A stretch of DNA of 64,000 nt from Parachlamydiales bacterium (GCA_050302075.1 JBNLAH010000005.1:64001-128000), one strand, 5' to 3'; positions 30,272-41,917 are shown, numbered from the stretch's first letter. Notes: generated by a model not told the origin, from the sequence alone. Numbers and translations: made by a program.

Positions 30272-30694
30272 GTGGCGCTTTTACCATCAAGATCTAAATA
30301 TAGAAAAAAACAGAAGGGAAATCTCAAAGGTGTTTCTAAAGGTGGTAACTTTGTTGATTTCGGCGATTTTGGAATGCAAGTTCTAGACCGAGGATGGATC
30401 ACAGGCAGGCAAATTGAAGCTTGTAGGGTAGCCATCAGCAGATGCTTTAGTAGAAAAGGCAAAATATGGATTCGCATTTTCCCAGATAAACCTATTTCTA
30501 AAAAACCAGCCGAAGTTCGTATGGGTAAAGGAAAAGGTAGTGTCGATCATTGGGTGGCATGTGTGAAGCCAGGAAGAATACTTTTTGAAGTTTCGAATGT
30601 TACAAGAGAAGAAGCTCAAGCTGCACTAAGGCTTGCAGCTGCAAAACTAGCCTTGAGGACAAGGTTTGTGGAAAGATTGGAAAGGATAAAATAA
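30272..30694 (+). CDS. rplP: 50S ribosomal protein L16
   Basis: QIEACR, IFPDKP, RMGKGKG. Confidence 0.98.
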   Translation: MALLPSRSKYRKKQKGNLKGVSKGGNFVDFGDFGMQVLDRGWITGRQIEACRVAISRCFSRKGKIWIRIFPDKPISKKPAEVRMGKGKGSVDHWVACVKPGRILFEVSNVTREEAQAALRLAAAKLALRTRFVERLERIK

Positions 30695-30897
30695 TGTCAA
30701 AAGGTGATGAATTAAGATCAAAAACTAAGGAAGAGCTAACATCTGTTGTAAGCTCTCTCGATGAGGAAATCTTTAAGCTAAGAAATGAACTTAAAGTGAC
30801 TAGAAAATTAGAGAAACCACACGTTCTATCTCAAAAGAAAAGGGAAAGAGCTAGGGTTCTAACTGTTTTAACTGAGAAAGAAAAGGTAGCTAAATGA
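30694..30897 (+). CDS. rpmC: 50S ribosomal protein L29
   Basis: ELR...IFKLR...ARVLTVL; operon position. Confidence 0.93.
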   Translation: MSKGDELRSKTKEELTSVVSSLDEEIFKLRNELKVTRKLEKPHVLSQKKRERARVLTVLTEKEKVAK

Positions 30898-31145
30898 GTC
30901 GTGGCAGAAGCAAAATTAGGCAAGGTGAAGTCATTTCAGATAAAATGAATAAAACCGTAGTTGTCCGAGTTACAAGATCCTTTAGACATCCTTTATATGG
31001 AAAGCTAGTTAAAAAGTGGAAAAAATATTATGCCCACGATGAAGAGAATAATTGTAAAGAAGGACAGTTAGTAAAAATTAGAGAGACTAGACCTTTATCT
31101 AAACTTAAAAGATGGAAGGTTGTAGAGGCAGTGTCAAAAAAATAG
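30894..31145 (+). CDS. rpsQ: 30S ribosomal protein S17
   Basis: [27 protein letters not shown]. Confidence 0.97.
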   Translation: MSRGRSKIRQGEVISDKMNKTVVVRVTRSFRHPLYGKLVKKWKKYYAHDEENNCKEGQLVKIRETRPLSKLKRWKVVEAVSKK

Positions 31146-31157
31146 TGAGAGAGAGAA

Positions 31158-31529
31158 ATGATACAAGAAGAAACTGAGTTAGAAGTTGCAGATAACACAG
31201 GCGCTAAAAAAGTTAAGTGCTTTAGAATTCTTGGAGGCTCAGGGCGCAAAAATGCAGGGATAGGTGATATAATAATTTGTTCAGTTAAATCTGCGAGTCC
31301 CGACGCCAAAGATGCTAAGAAAGGTACTGTAACAAAAGCTGTTATTGTAAGAACTCGAGCACCAGCTAGAAGAAAAGATGGTTCTTATTTAAAATTCCAT
31401 GATAATAGCTGCGTTATTTTAGATGATAAGCTTAATCCAAGAGGTACTAGGATTTTTGGGCCAATACCTAGAGAAGTCAGAGAGCGTGGATTTTTAAAAA
31501 TTGCCTCATTGGCTCCAGAAGTAATTTAG
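31158..31529 (+). CDS. rplN: 50S ribosomal protein L14
   Basis: [22 protein letters not shown]. Confidence 0.98.
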   Translation: MIQEETELEVADNTGAKKVKCFRILGGSGRKNAGIGDIIICSVKSASPDAKDAKKGTVTKAVIVRTRAPARRKDGSYLKFHDNSCVILDDKLNPRGTRIFGPIPREVRERGFLKIASLAPEVI

Positions 31530-31545
31530 TAATAGGGGATAGAAT

Positions 31546-31884
31546 ATGAGCAAATGGATTTGTAAAAAAGACAAGGTTTTAGTCATCTCTGGAAATGATA
31601 AGGGCAAAGTAGGTGAAGTCCTAAAGGTTAATGATGATAGAGTATTAGTACAAGGAATCAACATTCGAAAAAAGCATTCTAAGAGTAGACAAGAAGGGCA
31701 GCCGTCTCAGATTTTAGATATTGAATGTCCAATTCATATCTCTAATGTGGCACTTTGCTCCTCAGATGGAAAAAGACTTAAGACAAAAGTTAAAGTCCAA
31801 AAAAATGGCGGTAAGAAGTTAGTTTATCACGAAAATGACAAAGAAAAAACTCATCGAGTTATTAAGAAAATTAAAGGTAAATAA
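31546..31884 (+). CDS. rplX: 50S ribosomal protein L24
   Basis: [21 protein letters not shown]. Confidence 0.96.
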   Translation: MSKWICKKDKVLVISGNDKGKVGEVLKVNDDRVLVQGINIRKKHSKSRQEGQPSQILDIECPIHISNVALCSSDGKRLKTKVKVQKNGGKKLVYHENDKEKTHRVIKKIKGK

Positions 31885-32414
31885 TGTCAAGATTACGTAA
31901 GAAATACAAAGAAGAAATTTTACCTGAATTAAAGAAAGCGTATCCAGATAAGAACCCAATGCAGTTGCCTGCTTTGAAAAAAATTGTGATAAGCATGGGA
32001 ATAGCAGAGGCTCTAAGTGATAAGAATGCAATTCAGAAGCACTCAGAAGAGCTAGCTTTAATTTCTGGCCAAAAACCAATTGTCACAAAGTCAAAAAAAT
32101 CAATTTCAAACTTTAAATTGAGAGAAGGGTCGCCAATTGGGCTAAAAGTTACACTTAGAGGAAATAGAATGTATGATTTCCTTGATAGGTTTTGCAATAT
32201 AGCATCACCTAGAATTAGTGACTTTAGAGGATTTAAATCTAAATGTGATGGGAGAGGGAACTTCCATGTCGGAATTTCAGATCAATTGATTTTTCCTGAG
32301 ATAAATTTAGATAAAGTCACACGAAACCAAGGAATGAACATTGGTTTTATAACATCGGGAAACGATGAAGAGTGTGTTTTGCTTTTAAGAAAATTTGGAT
32401 TCCCATTTAAGTAA
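31884..32414 (+). CDS. rplE: 50S ribosomal protein L5
   Basis: SGQKP, FKLREG, KVTLRG, DGRGN, IFPEI. Confidence 0.97.
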   Translation: MSRLRKKYKEEILPELKKAYPDKNPMQLPALKKIVISMGIAEALSDKNAIQKHSEELALISGQKPIVTKSKKSISNFKLREGSPIGLKVTLRGNRMYDFLDRFCNIASPRISDFRGFKSKCDGRGNFHVGISDQLIFPEINLDKVTRNQGMNIGFITSGNDEECVLLLRKFGFPFK

Positions 32415-32430
32415 TAGGAGATTATCGAGT

Positions 32431-32823
32431 ATGTCATTTAACGATCCAATAGCTGACCTTTTAACTAGAATTAGAAATGCGTCAATGGCTCAGCATAAAT
32501 TTGTTGATATCAACTTAAGCAAGATGGGAAAAAACATTGTGGAAATTCTGAAAAATTCAGGATTTATCGAAAACTATCTTGTAAGTGATCAGAAAAGAGG
32601 AATTAGAATTTTTCTTAAATATGGTAAAAATCGCAAATCAGTAATTAGCCAATTAAAGAGAAAATCTTCTCCGGGCCTTAGAAGCTACGTTAAACATAAC
32701 GAGATTCCTAGGGTAAAAAACGGACTCGGGATAGCTATCATTTCAACATCTAAGGGTGTTTTAGAAGGTGAAGCTGCTAGAGATCAGAAAATTGGCGGCG
32801 AATTATTATGCGTTGTAGAGTGA
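32431..32823 (+). CDS. rpsH: 30S ribosomal protein S8
   Basis: DPIADLLTRIRNA, SPGLRSY, STSKG, GGELL; AGGAG SD before ATG 32431. Confidence 0.97.
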   Translation: MSFNDPIADLLTRIRNASMAQHKFVDINLSKMGKNIVEILKNSGFIENYLVSDQKRGIRIFLKYGKNRKSVISQLKRKSSPGLRSYVKHNEIPRVKNGLGIAIISTSKGVLEGEAARDQKIGGELLCVVE

Positions 32824-32830
32824 GGTAAAA

Positions 32831-33367
32831 ATGTCTAGATTAGGAAATGCTCCAATACAGCTACCAAGTAATGTCGAAGTTAAAATTGCTTCGGAGAAAC
32901 AGGTAACTGTAAAAGGACCAAAAGGAGAGTTGTCTCTGCAACTTTTGCATGGTGTTAGTGTTAATGTTGAAGAGAAAGTTGCGACCGTCAAGAATGAATC
33001 AACAACAAGTTCATTTCATGGCTTGTATCGTATGCTTTTAAAAAATATGGTAACAGGTGTTACAACTGGGTTTGAGAAAAAACTAACTTTAATTGGAGTT
33101 GGTTTTAAAGCTGCAACATCTGGAAATAAACTTATTTTACATGTCGGGTATTCTCTTCCAGTTGAACTCGATATTCCACAAGGGCTTGATGTTAAAGTTG
33201 ATAAAAATACTGTCATAATCATTTCTGGAATTGACAAACAAGCTGTTGGTCAGTTTTCTGCAGAAGTAAGAGCCAAAAGACCCCCAGAACCTTACAAAGG
33301 AAAGGGGATCCGTTATGAAAATGAGATTGTAAGGAAAAAAGCTGGAAAAGCTGCTAAGTCTAAATAA
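32831..33367 (+). CDS. rplF: 50S ribosomal protein L6
   Basis: VKGPKG, RPPEPYKGKGI. Confidence 0.98.
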   Translation: MSRLGNAPIQLPSNVEVKIASEKQVTVKGPKGELSLQLLHGVSVNVEEKVATVKNESTTSSFHGLYRMLLKNMVTGVTTGFEKKLTLIGVGFKAATSGNKLILHVGYSLPVELDIPQGLDVKVDKNTVIIISGIDKQAVGQFSAEVRAKRPPEPYKGKGIRYENEIVRKKAGKAAKSK

Positions 33368-33380
33368 TTAGGTATAAAAA

Positions 33381-33740
33381 ATGTTAAATGAGCTTAAGAA
33401 AAAAAATCACAAGCGTCGAATGAGAGTATTTCGAAATCGAAAAAAACTAAAAGGGACATCAGAAAGACCAAGACTCTGTGTTTGCAAAACTAATAAAAAC
33501 ATTTATCTACAACTTATTGATGATACAAAGGGATTAACACTTGCAGGCATTGGAACGCTATCAAAAGAAATTAATTTGAAAAAATCAAAGGATAGCGCAA
33601 AGATTCTAGGTACAAAAATTGCAGAACTTGCGAAAAAAAATAAAATTGAAAAAGTAGTTTTTGACCGAGGAAGATTTAAATACCATGGTATTGTGGCTGA
33701 AATTGCTGAAGCTGCAAGAGATGCAGGATTGAAATTTTAA
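33381..33740 (+). CDS. rplR: 50S ribosomal protein L18
   Basis: RPRL, FDRGRFKYHG, ARDAGLKF. Confidence 0.97.
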   Translation: MLNELKKKNHKRRMRVFRNRKKLKGTSERPRLCVCKTNKNIYLQLIDDTKGLTLAGIGTLSKEINLKKSKDSAKILGTKIAELAKKNKIEKVVFDRGRFKYHGIVAEIAEAARDAGLKF

Positions 33741-33752
33741 AAATTAGGGACA

Positions 33753-34262
33753 ATGATGACCAAACAGCAAAATAAAAAAATTGACTTTGCAGAACTAACT
33801 ACGGACTTAGAAGAAAAAGTTCTTTTCATAAACCGATGCTCAAAAGTTGTTAAAGGCGGAAGGAAATTTAGTTTTTCAGCATTGATTTTAGTAGGTGATG
33901 GAGAAGGACATGTAGGTTATGGATTTGCAAAAGCAAATGAAGTTTCTGATGCTATTCGCAAAGGTTCTGAAGCTGCTAAAAAAAATATCATTACTTTTGA
34001 AATGGAAAACACTACCATTCCACATGAGGTAATTTACACTTGGGATGGAGCTAAAGTTCTCTTAAAACCAGCGCCAGAAGGAACTGGAGTAATTGCAGGG
34101 TCAAAAGTACGTGCAGTTTTAGAGTTAGCAGGAGTTAGAGACGTTGTTGCTAAAAGTCTTGGTTCTAATAATCCTCTTAACTTAGTAATAGCGACATTTA
34201 AAGCCTTAATGAGTTTGCAAAATAAAGCTGAATTATTGGAAATGAGAGGAGTGGGACAATGA
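33753..34262 (+). CDS. rpsE: 30S ribosomal protein S5
   Basis: [22 protein letters not shown]. Confidence 0.97.
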   Translation: MMTKQQNKKIDFAELTTDLEEKVLFINRCSKVVKGGRKFSFSALILVGDGEGHVGYGFAKANEVSDAIRKGSEAAKKNIITFEMENTTIPHEVIYTWDGAKVLLKPAPEGTGVIAGSKVRAVLELAGVRDVVAKSLGSNNPLNLVIATFKALMSLQNKAELLEMRGVGQ

Positions 34263-34711
34263 CTTTATTAAATGAATTGACTAATCATTCTTCAACTAAA
34301 CGTAAAAAAAGAGTTGGAAGAGGAACTTCTTCAGGTGTAGGTAAGACTTGTAGAAGAGGACAAAAAGGTGATGGATCCAGATCTGGTTATAAGCGTAGAC
34401 ATGGAAATAGCGGCGGTGCAATGCCATTACACATGAAAATGCCAATCAGAGGCTTTAGTAGAGCTAGATTTAAAAGAGAGGTATTTAATCTTTCTTTAGA
34501 TATGATCAACTCTATATTTAACGATGGTGAAACAGTCAGCATACAAACACTAGTTGACAAGAAGATTATATCTAAAAATATGAATCCTAACTTTAAAGTT
34601 TTATCATACGGTGAAATTACAAAGAAAATTAAAAAGATTGAGGCCAATGGTTTTTCTAAACAAGCAAAAATGAAGCTTGAAGATAAATCAATTCCTTGCG
34701 AAATTGTATAA
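34259..34711 (+). CDS. rplO: 50S ribosomal protein L15
   Basis: [22 protein letters not shown]. Confidence 0.96.
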   Translation: MTLLNELTNHSSTKRKKRVGRGTSSGVGKTCRRGQKGDGSRSGYKRRHGNSGGAMPLHMKMPIRGFSRARFKREVFNLSLDMINSIFNDGETVSIQTLVDKKIISKNMNPNFKVLSYGEITKKIKKIEANGFSKQAKMKLEDKSIPCEIV

Positions 34712-34732
34712 AAAAATTTTGTGGTTTAAAGC

Positions 34733-36103
34733 ATGATAAGCGCGCTAAAAAGGATTTTTAGTATACCTGAACTCCGATCGAAAATTGTCTTCACGCTGTT
34801 GATGTTAGGCGTCTGCCGAATTGGAGCCTTTGTCCCAGTTCCAGGAATTAACACGGAAGCTGCTATAAATGTTTTCAAAAATGCAACAGGCGGCGGACAA
34901 AACTTATTTCAGCTCATGGATATTTTTTCAGGTGGTGCTTTTGCTCAGATGACGATTATTGCATTAGGAGTAATGCCATATATATCTGCATCAATTATCA
35001 TGCAGCTTTTACTTGCGCTAGTTCCATCTTTGCAAAGAGATATTCGAGAAAGTGCAGATATGGGGAGAAAAAAACTTGCTAAATGGACCCGTTTGGCTAC
35101 ACTTTTGTTGGCAATGTTTCAATCTGCTATTTTTGCTGGATATGCAATAAACATGAATTTTGCTACGCCTGGAGTTATCGTAGGGCCTTTGTTGAGTGTT
35201 ACTGCTTTTAATATCCCTCTTTTTTTCTATTTGACAGTTATGATAACTATGACAACGGGTACACTTTTTTTAATGTGGATTGGAGAGCAAATCACTGAAA
35301 GAGGTATTGGGAATGGAATTAGCTTGATAATTTCTATTGGTATCTTATCTTCACTTCCTTCAACAATTGGAACTATCATCAAGCAATTAAACTTAGAGTC
35401 CCAAGAACCTGGGCAACTAAGTTTTGTTTCTCTACTGGTCTTAGCTGCAATTTTTGTATTCATAATCATTGGAACGATCTTGATTATTCAAGGACAAAGA
35501 AAAATTCCATTACAGCATGCCAGAAGAGTAGTTGGTAGACATGAGGTTCAAGGAAGTAGTGCACATATACCACTTAAATTAAATTATGCTGGTGTAATAC
35601 CTGTAATTTTTGCCTCTTCTTTACTTATGTTTCCAGCAACTGTTGCACAACTTTTAGGTAAAAATTCCTGGTTGAGCTCAGTTGCAGCTTGGCTTTCACC
35701 AGGTACTTGGGGTTATACTTCTCTTTATGTAATGTTGATAATATTTTTTACCTACTTTTGGACTTCAACGCAATTTAGGCCTGACCAAATTGCGTCAGAT
35801 ATGAAAAAAAATGGGGCATTTATACCGGGGATTAGACAAGGAAAGCCTACACAAGATTTTTTAGAAGCTACTATGAATAGGATAACTTTAGCTGGGGCTT
35901 TGTCCCTTGCACTGATTGCAATACTCCCTACTATAGTAGGAAGTATTTTAAATATAGATGCAAGAACAAGTCATTTCTTTGGAGGGACTTCTCTATTAAT
36001 ACTAGTAGGAGTTATTTTAGATACGACTAAACAAATTGAATCTCATCTGCTTATGAAAAGATATGATGGGTTTATGAAAAGAGGGAAGCTAAGAGGTCGC
36101 TAA
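34733..36103 (+). CDS. secY: Preprotein translocase SecY
   Basis: ALGVMPYISASII, GIGNGISL, GVIPVIFA, FIPGIRQG, GGTSLLI. Confidence 0.98.
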   Translation: MISALKRIFSIPELRSKIVFTLLMLGVCRIGAFVPVPGINTEAAINVFKNATGGGQNLFQLMDIFSGGAFAQMTIIALGVMPYISASIIMQLLLALVPSLQRDIRESADMGRKKLAKWTRLATLLLAMFQSAIFAGYAINMNFATPGVIVGPLLSVTAFNIPLFFYLTVMITMTTGTLFLMWIGEQITERGIGNGISLIISIGILSSLPSTIGTIIKQLNLESQEPGQLSFVSLLVLAAIFVFIIIGTILIIQGQRKIPLQHARRVVGRHEVQGSSAHIPLKLNYAGVIPVIFASSLLMFPATVAQLLGKNSWLSSVAAWLSPGTWGYTSLYVMLIIFFTYFWTSTQFRPDQIASDMKKNGAFIPGIRQGKPTQDFLEATMNRITLAGALSLALIAILPTIVGSILNIDARTSHFFGGTSLLILVGVILDTTKQIESHLLMKRYDGFMKRGKLRGR

Positions 36104-36163
36104 TCATTGTGAATTAACCTCTTTTGTGTTATCTTTTTTCAAGTTAAAAAAGGATTGATTAAT

Positions 36164-36532
36164 ATGCCAAGAATAATTGGAATTGATATACCAGACAACA
36201 AACGACTAATAATTAGTTTAACATATATTTATGGAGTTGGACCTAAAGTCGCAGAAGAAATCATTGAACGACTAGGCTTCGATCCAAACATGAAAGCAAG
36301 AAATCTAACACAAGATGACTTAGCAAAACTAAACTCCTTGCTTCAGTCTGAATATACAGTTGAAGGGGATCTTAGAAGACAAGTTCAAAATAATATTAAA
36401 CGTCTTATTAGCATTCATAGCTATAGAGGTCTAAGACATAGAGTTGGACTTCCTGTTAGAGGTCAAAGAACTCGAACAAACTCTAGGACTAGAAAAGGAA
36501 AGAAAAAAACAATTGCTAATAAGAAAATGTAA
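36164..36532 (+). CDS. rpsM: 30S ribosomal protein S13
   Basis: LTYIYGVG, YRGLRH, LPVRGQRTRTN. Confidence 0.98.
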   Translation: MPRIIGIDIPDNKRLIISLTYIYGVGPKVAEEIIERLGFDPNMKARNLTQDDLAKLNSLLQSEYTVEGDLRRQVQNNIKRLISIHSYRGLRHRVGLPVRGQRTRTNSRTRKGKKKTIANKKM

Positions 36533-36554
36533 GAAAATGTAAGGAGATTCGACC

Positions 36555-36974
36555 TTGGCAAAGCAAGAAAAAAAATCAACAGCTAGTAAGACAGGTATTA
36601 GAAGACCTAAGAAAAAAAATCAAAGAATAATTCCAAGCGGTGTAGCCTATGTAAAAGCTACATTTAACAATACTCTGATCTCAATTACAGACCCAGGCGG
36701 GAATGTGATTGCTTGGTCATCAGCTGGAAAATCAAGATTTAGCGGATCCAGAAAATCGACTGCGTTTGCATCAACAGTTGCAGCTCAAGATGCAGGAAAG
36801 GAAGCAATGGCATGTGGAATGAAGGAATGTGAGGTGGTATTGAAGGGACCAGGAGCTGGAAGAGAAGCTGCTGTTAGAGGACTTCAGAGCGCTGGTTTGA
36901 CTATAACTGTAATTAAAGATAATACACCTATTCCACATAATGGATGTAGGGCAAGAAAAAGAAGACGTGTGTAG
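36555..36974 (+). CDS. rpsK: 30S ribosomal protein S11
   Basis: FNNT, GSRKST, GPGAGRE, PHNGCR. Confidence 0.98.
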   Translation: MAKQEKKSTASKTGIRRPKKKNQRIIPSGVAYVKATFNNTLISITDPGGNVIAWSSAGKSRFSGSRKSTAFASTVAAQDAGKEAMACGMKECEVVLKGPGAGREAAVRGLQSAGLTITVIKDNTPIPHNGCRARKRRRV

Positions 36975-37004
36975 ATAACACTTTAAGCTAGAAGGAGAAT
37001 AAAA

Positions 37005-38099
37005 ATGGCAGTTAAGTATGGCATATTTCAAATGCCTGAAAAAATTAAAATTGAAGATGCAGATGATAAGCAAACCTATGCGAAATTCATTATTGAGCCA
37101 TTTGAAAGAGGTTTCGGCCATACGATTGGAAATAGTCTTCGCAGAGTAATGCTAAGCTCACTTGAGTCTCCAGCTGTTATCTCAATCAGAATAGAAGGAG
37201 TCCCTCACGAATATACCGCAATTGACGGTGTTAAAGAAGATATGACTCATATTGTCTTAAAAATGAAAGATGCGTTACTTAGAAAATTACCACAAGAAGA
37301 AGATCGTTATTCTCGTGAGACAAAACTGCTTACAAATGTTTTAGAAGTAACAGATGCAGACCTCGAAAAGGGAAATGGAGAATACAATGTCACTTTAAAA
37401 GACATGTTCGGAAATATTGATTTTGAAATTGTTAATCCGGATCTGCACGTTTTCACAGTTACAAGACCCATGTCAAAGCGGATTGATATTAGAGTAGGGA
37501 TTGGTAGAGGCTATACCCCTTCTGAAAGGCATGAGTTTGAGCGAATGGTAGATGAAATTGTTATTGATACCGCATTTTCTCCAGTTAGACTCGTTAATTA
37601 CTATGTAACGAATACTAGGGTTGGACAAGACACAGACTTTGATTGTTTGATAGTTGAGGTTTCAACAGACGGTAGAGTTACTCCGCAAGAAGCTTTGGCT
37701 TTTGCATCACAAGTTATAACTGAGCATCATGAAGTATTTAAGCTTCTAAACAAACCTTCGATCACTTTTGACAAGGGTGAAGTTGAAATTAATAAAGATC
37801 GTGATGAAATTTTACAGAAACTAGCTCTAAAAATTAATGAGATCGAGCTTTCTGTTCGCTCAACAAATTGTTTAGCAAGCGCAAATATTGACACGATTGG
37901 TGAGCTTGTTGTAATGCCAGAATCTGATATGTTGAGATTTAGAAATTTTGGTAAAAAATCATTAAATGAAATTAAAGCTAAGCTAGAAGATATGGGGCTT
38001 GGTTTAGGAATGGACTTATCAAAATACGGCATTAATCGTGATAACATCAAAGAAGTTATTGAAAAATATAAAGAAGAAACTGCAGGTAGCGAATCATGA
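37005..38099 (+). CDS. rpoA: RNA polymerase alpha subunit
   Basis: [34 protein letters not shown]. Confidence 0.98.
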   Translation: MAVKYGIFQMPEKIKIEDADDKQTYAKFIIEPFERGFGHTIGNSLRRVMLSSLESPAVISIRIEGVPHEYTAIDGVKEDMTHIVLKMKDALLRKLPQEEDRYSRETKLLTNVLEVTDADLEKGNGEYNVTLKDMFGNIDFEIVNPDLHVFTVTRPMSKRIDIRVGIGRGYTPSERHEFERMVDEIVIDTAFSPVRLVNYYVTNTRVGQDTDFDCLIVEVSTDGRVTPQEALAFASQVITEHHEVFKLLNKPSITFDKGEVEINKDRDEILQKLALKINEIELSVRSTNCLASANIDTIGELVVMPESDMLRFRNFGKKSLNEIKAKLEDMGLGLGMDLSKYGINRDNIKEVIEKYKEETAGSES

Positions 38100-38524
38100 G
38101 ACATGCAAAGCGTAGAAACAAATTAGGTCGGACAAGTTCTCATAGAAATTGTATGATTTCTAATATGTTAAAAGACTTGATTGACAAAGAACGAATTGTA
38201 ACAACTCTAGCTAAAGCTAAAGAACTTAGAAGACATGCCGATAAAATGATTACAATTGCAAAAAAAGAAAATACATTAGCAAGTATTAGAGCTGCAAAAA
38301 GTATTTTGAAATTGCAGTATAATCATCTTTCTCCTAAGGAAGCTAGAAAAGCAAAAGAAGGCGATAAAAGTGCTTATAACACTGATAGAAAAGTCTTAGA
38401 AAAGCTTTTTGGCGAACTTAAGTCTAGATATACTGATAGGCAAGGTGGCTATACAAGGATCATTAAAGAGACTTTTAGAGTAGGTGACGCATCTCCCACT
38501 TGTATTATTGAATATATCAAGTAG
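38096..38524 (+). CDS. rplQ: 50S ribosomal protein L17
   Basis: MRH...[23 protein letters not shown]. Confidence 0.97.
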   Translation: MRHAKRRNKLGRTSSHRNCMISNMLKDLIDKERIVTTLAKAKELRRHADKMITIAKKENTLASIRAAKSILKLQYNHLSPKEARKAKEGDKSAYNTDRKVLEKLFGELKSRYTDRQGGYTRIIKETFRVGDASPTCIIEYIK

Positions 38525-38617
38525 CAAAAAAAGGTACCTATAAAAGTAACTTTACTTTCCATGGTGCCTTAGATATTATTTGATTTTTCAAAACTTTACA
38601 AAGCGGAGTATTTACCT

Positions 38618-39625
38618 ATGTCTTTAAGAATTGCTATAAATGGGTTTGGAAGAATTGGAAGACTTGTATATCGCATTGCTCACCAAAATGAGAATATAGA
38701 AGTTGTAGCTATCAATGATTTAGTACCAGCAGATAACCTAGCTTATTTGCTCAAGTACGATACTGCCCATGGTGAATTCATAGGGGAGGTCACTGCTAAA
38801 GAAGAAGCTCTGATAGTAGATGGTAAGCCTACAAAAATCTTTTCCGAAAAAGATCCCAAAAATCTCCCATGGAAGTCATTGAATGTTGATTTCGTTGTAG
38901 AGTCAACAGGTTTTTTCACCAAGCTAGAAGATGCTGAAAAGCATATCGAAGCAGGTGCTAAGAGGGTTGTTATCTCAGCTCCCGGAAAAGGTGATATGCC
39001 AACTTTAGTTGTTGGAGTAAACCATGAGGCGTATGATCCTAAAAAACATAAAGTAGTTTGTAATGCATCTTGTACAACAAACTGTTTAGCCCCATTAACT
39101 AAAGTTCTTTTAGATAACTTTGGAATTGAAGAAGGATTGATGTCTACAATCCATGCTGTGACAGCATCTCAACCAACTGTCGATGGACCTAGCAAGAAAG
39201 ATTTTAGGGGAGGTAGGTCTGCTTTTGGCAACATTATTCCAGCTTCTACTGGAGCTGCCAAAGCAGTAGCTAAATGTTTACCCCAAATTGAAGGAAAAAT
39301 CACTGGAATGGCATTTAGGGTTCCAGTAATAGATGTTTCTGTTGTTGACTTAACAGTTAAATTGTCAAAATCAACGACATATGATGAAATTTGCGAGGTA
39401 ATGAAAAAAGAAGCAAATTCTTCGCTGAAAAACATATTGATGTACTGCGATGAAGACATTGTTTCATCAGATTGCATTGGCAATTCCCACTCTTGTATTT
39501 TTGATAAAAAAGCAGGAATTGCTTTGAATGATAAGTTTTATAAGTTAGTAGCCTGGTATGATAACGAAATGGGATATTCATATAGAGTAGTTGACTTGAT
39601 TGAATACATGGCTTCAAAAGAATAA
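38618..39625 (+). CDS. gapA: Glyceraldehyde-3-phosphate dehydrogenase (type I)
   Basis: [24 protein letters not shown]. Confidence 0.98.
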   Translation: MSLRIAINGFGRIGRLVYRIAHQNENIEVVAINDLVPADNLAYLLKYDTAHGEFIGEVTAKEEALIVDGKPTKIFSEKDPKNLPWKSLNVDFVVESTGFFTKLEDAEKHIEAGAKRVVISAPGKGDMPTLVVGVNHEAYDPKKHKVVCNASCTTNCLAPLTKVLLDNFGIEEGLMSTIHAVTASQPTVDGPSKKDFRGGRSAFGNIIPASTGAAKAVAKCLPQIEGKITGMAFRVPVIDVSVVDLTVKLSKSTTYDEICEVMKKEANSSLKNILMYCDEDIVSSDCIGNSHSCIFDKKAGIALNDKFYKLVAWYDNEMGYSYRVVDLIEYMASKE

Positions 39626-39640
39626 AAAAGGAAGGTATAC

Positions 39641-40324
39641 GTGAATTTCACAAGAGATCCTGTTGTTGAAACAGTAATTACGCCCAAAGAAGGTTGTAAA
39701 TTAGTAGTAAGAAGCAGCAAAGGCAATGAAGGCGAAGACTATTATGTAGACGCTGTAGAAATTGTCTCATTTGGAAATTTTTTGTTCTTTCGTTCACTTG
39801 AAAGACCAAAATCTTTTCTTTTGCCTGTAAGTGATTACGAAGTTTTAGAGTTAAAAGAAACTAGAATGGTTTTGAAAACCGCAAGCTCAGAAAAGTCAAT
39901 TAAAATAGGGACTTCTAAGAAAGAAGAATCTTCAGAAGAAACTGAAAAACAAACAACAGACAAAAGGAAGAGAAGATCACGCAAAAGAAAAGCTCCAGAT
40001 CACAAAAAGAAAATCGAGAAGGAAGCTATTCCATCTGAAATCTTAGAAAAAGAAAAGCCTGTAGTTGCACCCAAAGAAGAAACACCAGAGGTAAAACCAA
40101 GTACTTTTACTAGGATATTTCCTCCTCCTTCTACATTGATAAAAGAAAAGTTATCTAAAGCAAAAGAAAGTGAACTTCCTAGTGAGGATATCTTTACAAA
40201 GGACATAGAAAAACCAAAATTAGAAAAAGAAGATAAGGAGCTATCTAAAGTGGCTATTGAATCTTCTGGAGCTCCTCAAAGAAAAGAAAATAACAATGAA
40301 GAAGAAAATAATAAACCAGAATAG
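39641..40324 (+). CDS. grgA: Chlamydia-specific transcription factor GrgA homolog
   Basis: N-terminus FTRDPVVETVITPKEGCKLVVR...FLLPVSDYEV matches my recollection of CT504/GrgA; basic KRKRRSRKRK segment; follows gapA. Confidence 0.8.
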   Translation: MNFTRDPVVETVITPKEGCKLVVRSSKGNEGEDYYVDAVEIVSFGNFLFFRSLERPKSFLLPVSDYEVLELKETRMVLKTASSEKSIKIGTSKKEESSEETEKQTTDKRKRRSRKRKAPDHKKKIEKEAIPSEILEKEKPVVAPKEETPEVKPSTFTRIFPPPSTLIKEKLSKAKESELPSEDIFTKDIEKPKLEKEDKELSKVAIESSGAPQRKENNNEEENNKPE

Positions 40325-40377
40325 TCTTTTTATTGACTAAAAGACCTCATTGCGTTTATTTTTTATTCCTAAATTGT

Positions 40378-40461
40378 GCTCGGGTGGTGGAATTGGTAGA
40401 CACTAGGGACTTAAAATCCCTTGCCCTTTTGGGCGTGAAGGTTCGAGTCCTTTCCCGAGCA
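40378..40461 (+). tRNA. tRNA-Leu(TAA)
   Basis: Acceptor GCTCGGG/CCCGAGC-A, D-loop TGGTAG, anticodon arm AGGGA-CT-TAA-AA-TCCCT, long variable arm, GTTCGAG T-loop; CCA not encoded. Confidence 0.96.
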
Positions 40462-40622
40462 AATTTGTAAGTCAAAGGGTTATGAGCAGACAGAGCTGAT
40501 GGTTATAACTCTATTAAATTAAAATGACACACTGCTTACACATTCTCAAATGATAAATATGGATATTTCAAAATAAAATCCACGCGCTAAGAAGACAGAA
40601 TTTCATTAAAGAAGGAGTTTTT

Positions 40623-41903
40623 ATGGCGGTTACTTTATCAACAGCTGCGATTTGTTTTATTGCCTGTCATGGAGGCGCTGCTAATCACTTCGCTGTTTAT
40701 GCTAAAGATTTAATGAGAAAAGGACATTCTGTCCAGATTTACGCAACAGGTCCTGCTTTAAAGAAATTCCAAGAGTACAATATTGAAGGGCTACACGAAT
40801 TTTCATTAGAAGATGGTAGGTCAGAAGAGCAAGTAGCTGAGGAAATAGCTGCAAAATGCCAAAGAGCATCTGCTGTAATTACTGATGTTGGGCATATTTT
40901 TGATGTCGCTCTCCAGATAGGGTTGGCAAATGTTGCTCCAAGAGTGAAGCGAATTGCCTATTATGATAATCCTGAGCCATACGTTCCTGGTGGATATTCT
41001 GAGATAGCCTCTCAGGTAATGCGACATGCTCATAAAGTTTTATTTGCAAATGCTAACCTTGCAACAACCCCTATTTATCAGACACCGACTGTAGAAGTAC
41101 CTTTATCGTATGATAGCAAAATAGGCCTTGGGTATTATCCTCTTCAGCAGGCGCAAGAAATCGCAAAAAGAAGAGCTAGTGAACAAACCCAAGTGCGCTC
41201 TGCATTTTTTTCTCGTTATGATATGGCTGATAAGGGACAAAAAGTCTTTGTCTATGCAGGAGGAAATAATGAAGCATACTTCTCTCTAGCACTACCAGCT
41301 TGTCTTCAATTTGTTGGTGATTTAAGTACTGAACAAGATTTATCCGACATTATTATTGTGCTGCAACAGCACCCTGGAGCAAAAACAAAAAATATTGACG
41401 CGCATCTTGTCGAGAAATGGTTGAATCAGCATGGAAATAGTGCACACTCACCAAATATTATCATTTCAGATATGAGTACAGATGAGGCATTAGTTCTGGC
41501 TGATACAATGCTCTACTATCAAACGAGCATGGGACCACAATTCGTTCTTGCTGGTATTCCGACAGTTCAAATCGGCCATGAATGTTATGAAGATATTCTT
41601 GTGAAAAATAATTTGTGCTTAGTTGTGAATAGTACAGAAGGGCTTTTATCTGCTTTGCAAACTTTGCAAAAAAGGGAGTCACAGGCATCTTCTGAGGTTG
41701 TAGAAGAGAGGTTGGGTATTTGCTCGGACTGGTCTGAGAGATTGGAAAAAGTAGTAAGTGATAGATTAGAATGTCAGTTGGGTGCTTCTGGTTCAAGTGG
41801 CTGTAACAGCTTTTTTTCTTCTAAATACCTTTTTGCCGCTATAGCAGTGCCCATTATTAGTTATGCTGCATTTCGTTTGTTTAAGCGTTTTGTTAAATCT
41901 TAG
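40623..41903 (+). CDS. GT-B-fold glycosyltransferase-like protein with C-terminal membrane anchor
   Basis: AGGAG SD; HPG motif and TSMGPQFVLAGIPTVQ resembling CDP-glycerol glycerophosphotransferase/GT-B C-domain; C-terminal TM plus basic tail. Confidence 0.55.
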   Translation: MAVTLSTAAICFIACHGGAANHFAVYAKDLMRKGHSVQIYATGPALKKFQEYNIEGLHEFSLEDGRSEEQVAEEIAAKCQRASAVITDVGHIFDVALQIGLANVAPRVKRIAYYDNPEPYVPGGYSEIASQVMRHAHKVLFANANLATTPIYQTPTVEVPLSYDSKIGLGYYPLQQAQEIAKRRASEQTQVRSAFFSRYDMADKGQKVFVYAGGNNEAYFSLALPACLQFVGDLSTEQDLSDIIIVLQQHPGAKTKNIDAHLVEKWLNQHGNSAHSPNIIISDMSTDEALVLADTMLYYQTSMGPQFVLAGIPTVQIGHECYEDILVKNNLCLVVNSTEGLLSALQTLQKRESQASSEVVEERLGICSDWSERLEKVVSDRLECQLGASGSSGCNSFFSSKYLFAAIAVPIISYAAFRLFKRFVKS

Positions 41904-41917
41904 AAAATCAAACTAGT

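Noticed and set aside
26479..38524. Absence of rpsJ, rpsN, rpmD, adk, map, infA, rpmJ and rpsD from the ribosomal cluster
   Set aside because: Matches the arrangement I recall as normal for Chlamydiota; a lineage marker, not a novelty
40462..40622. Possible att site or prophage/integrase after tRNA-Leu
   Set aside because: No duplicate of the tRNA 3' end and no integrase, phage or IS gene seen by eye in the window
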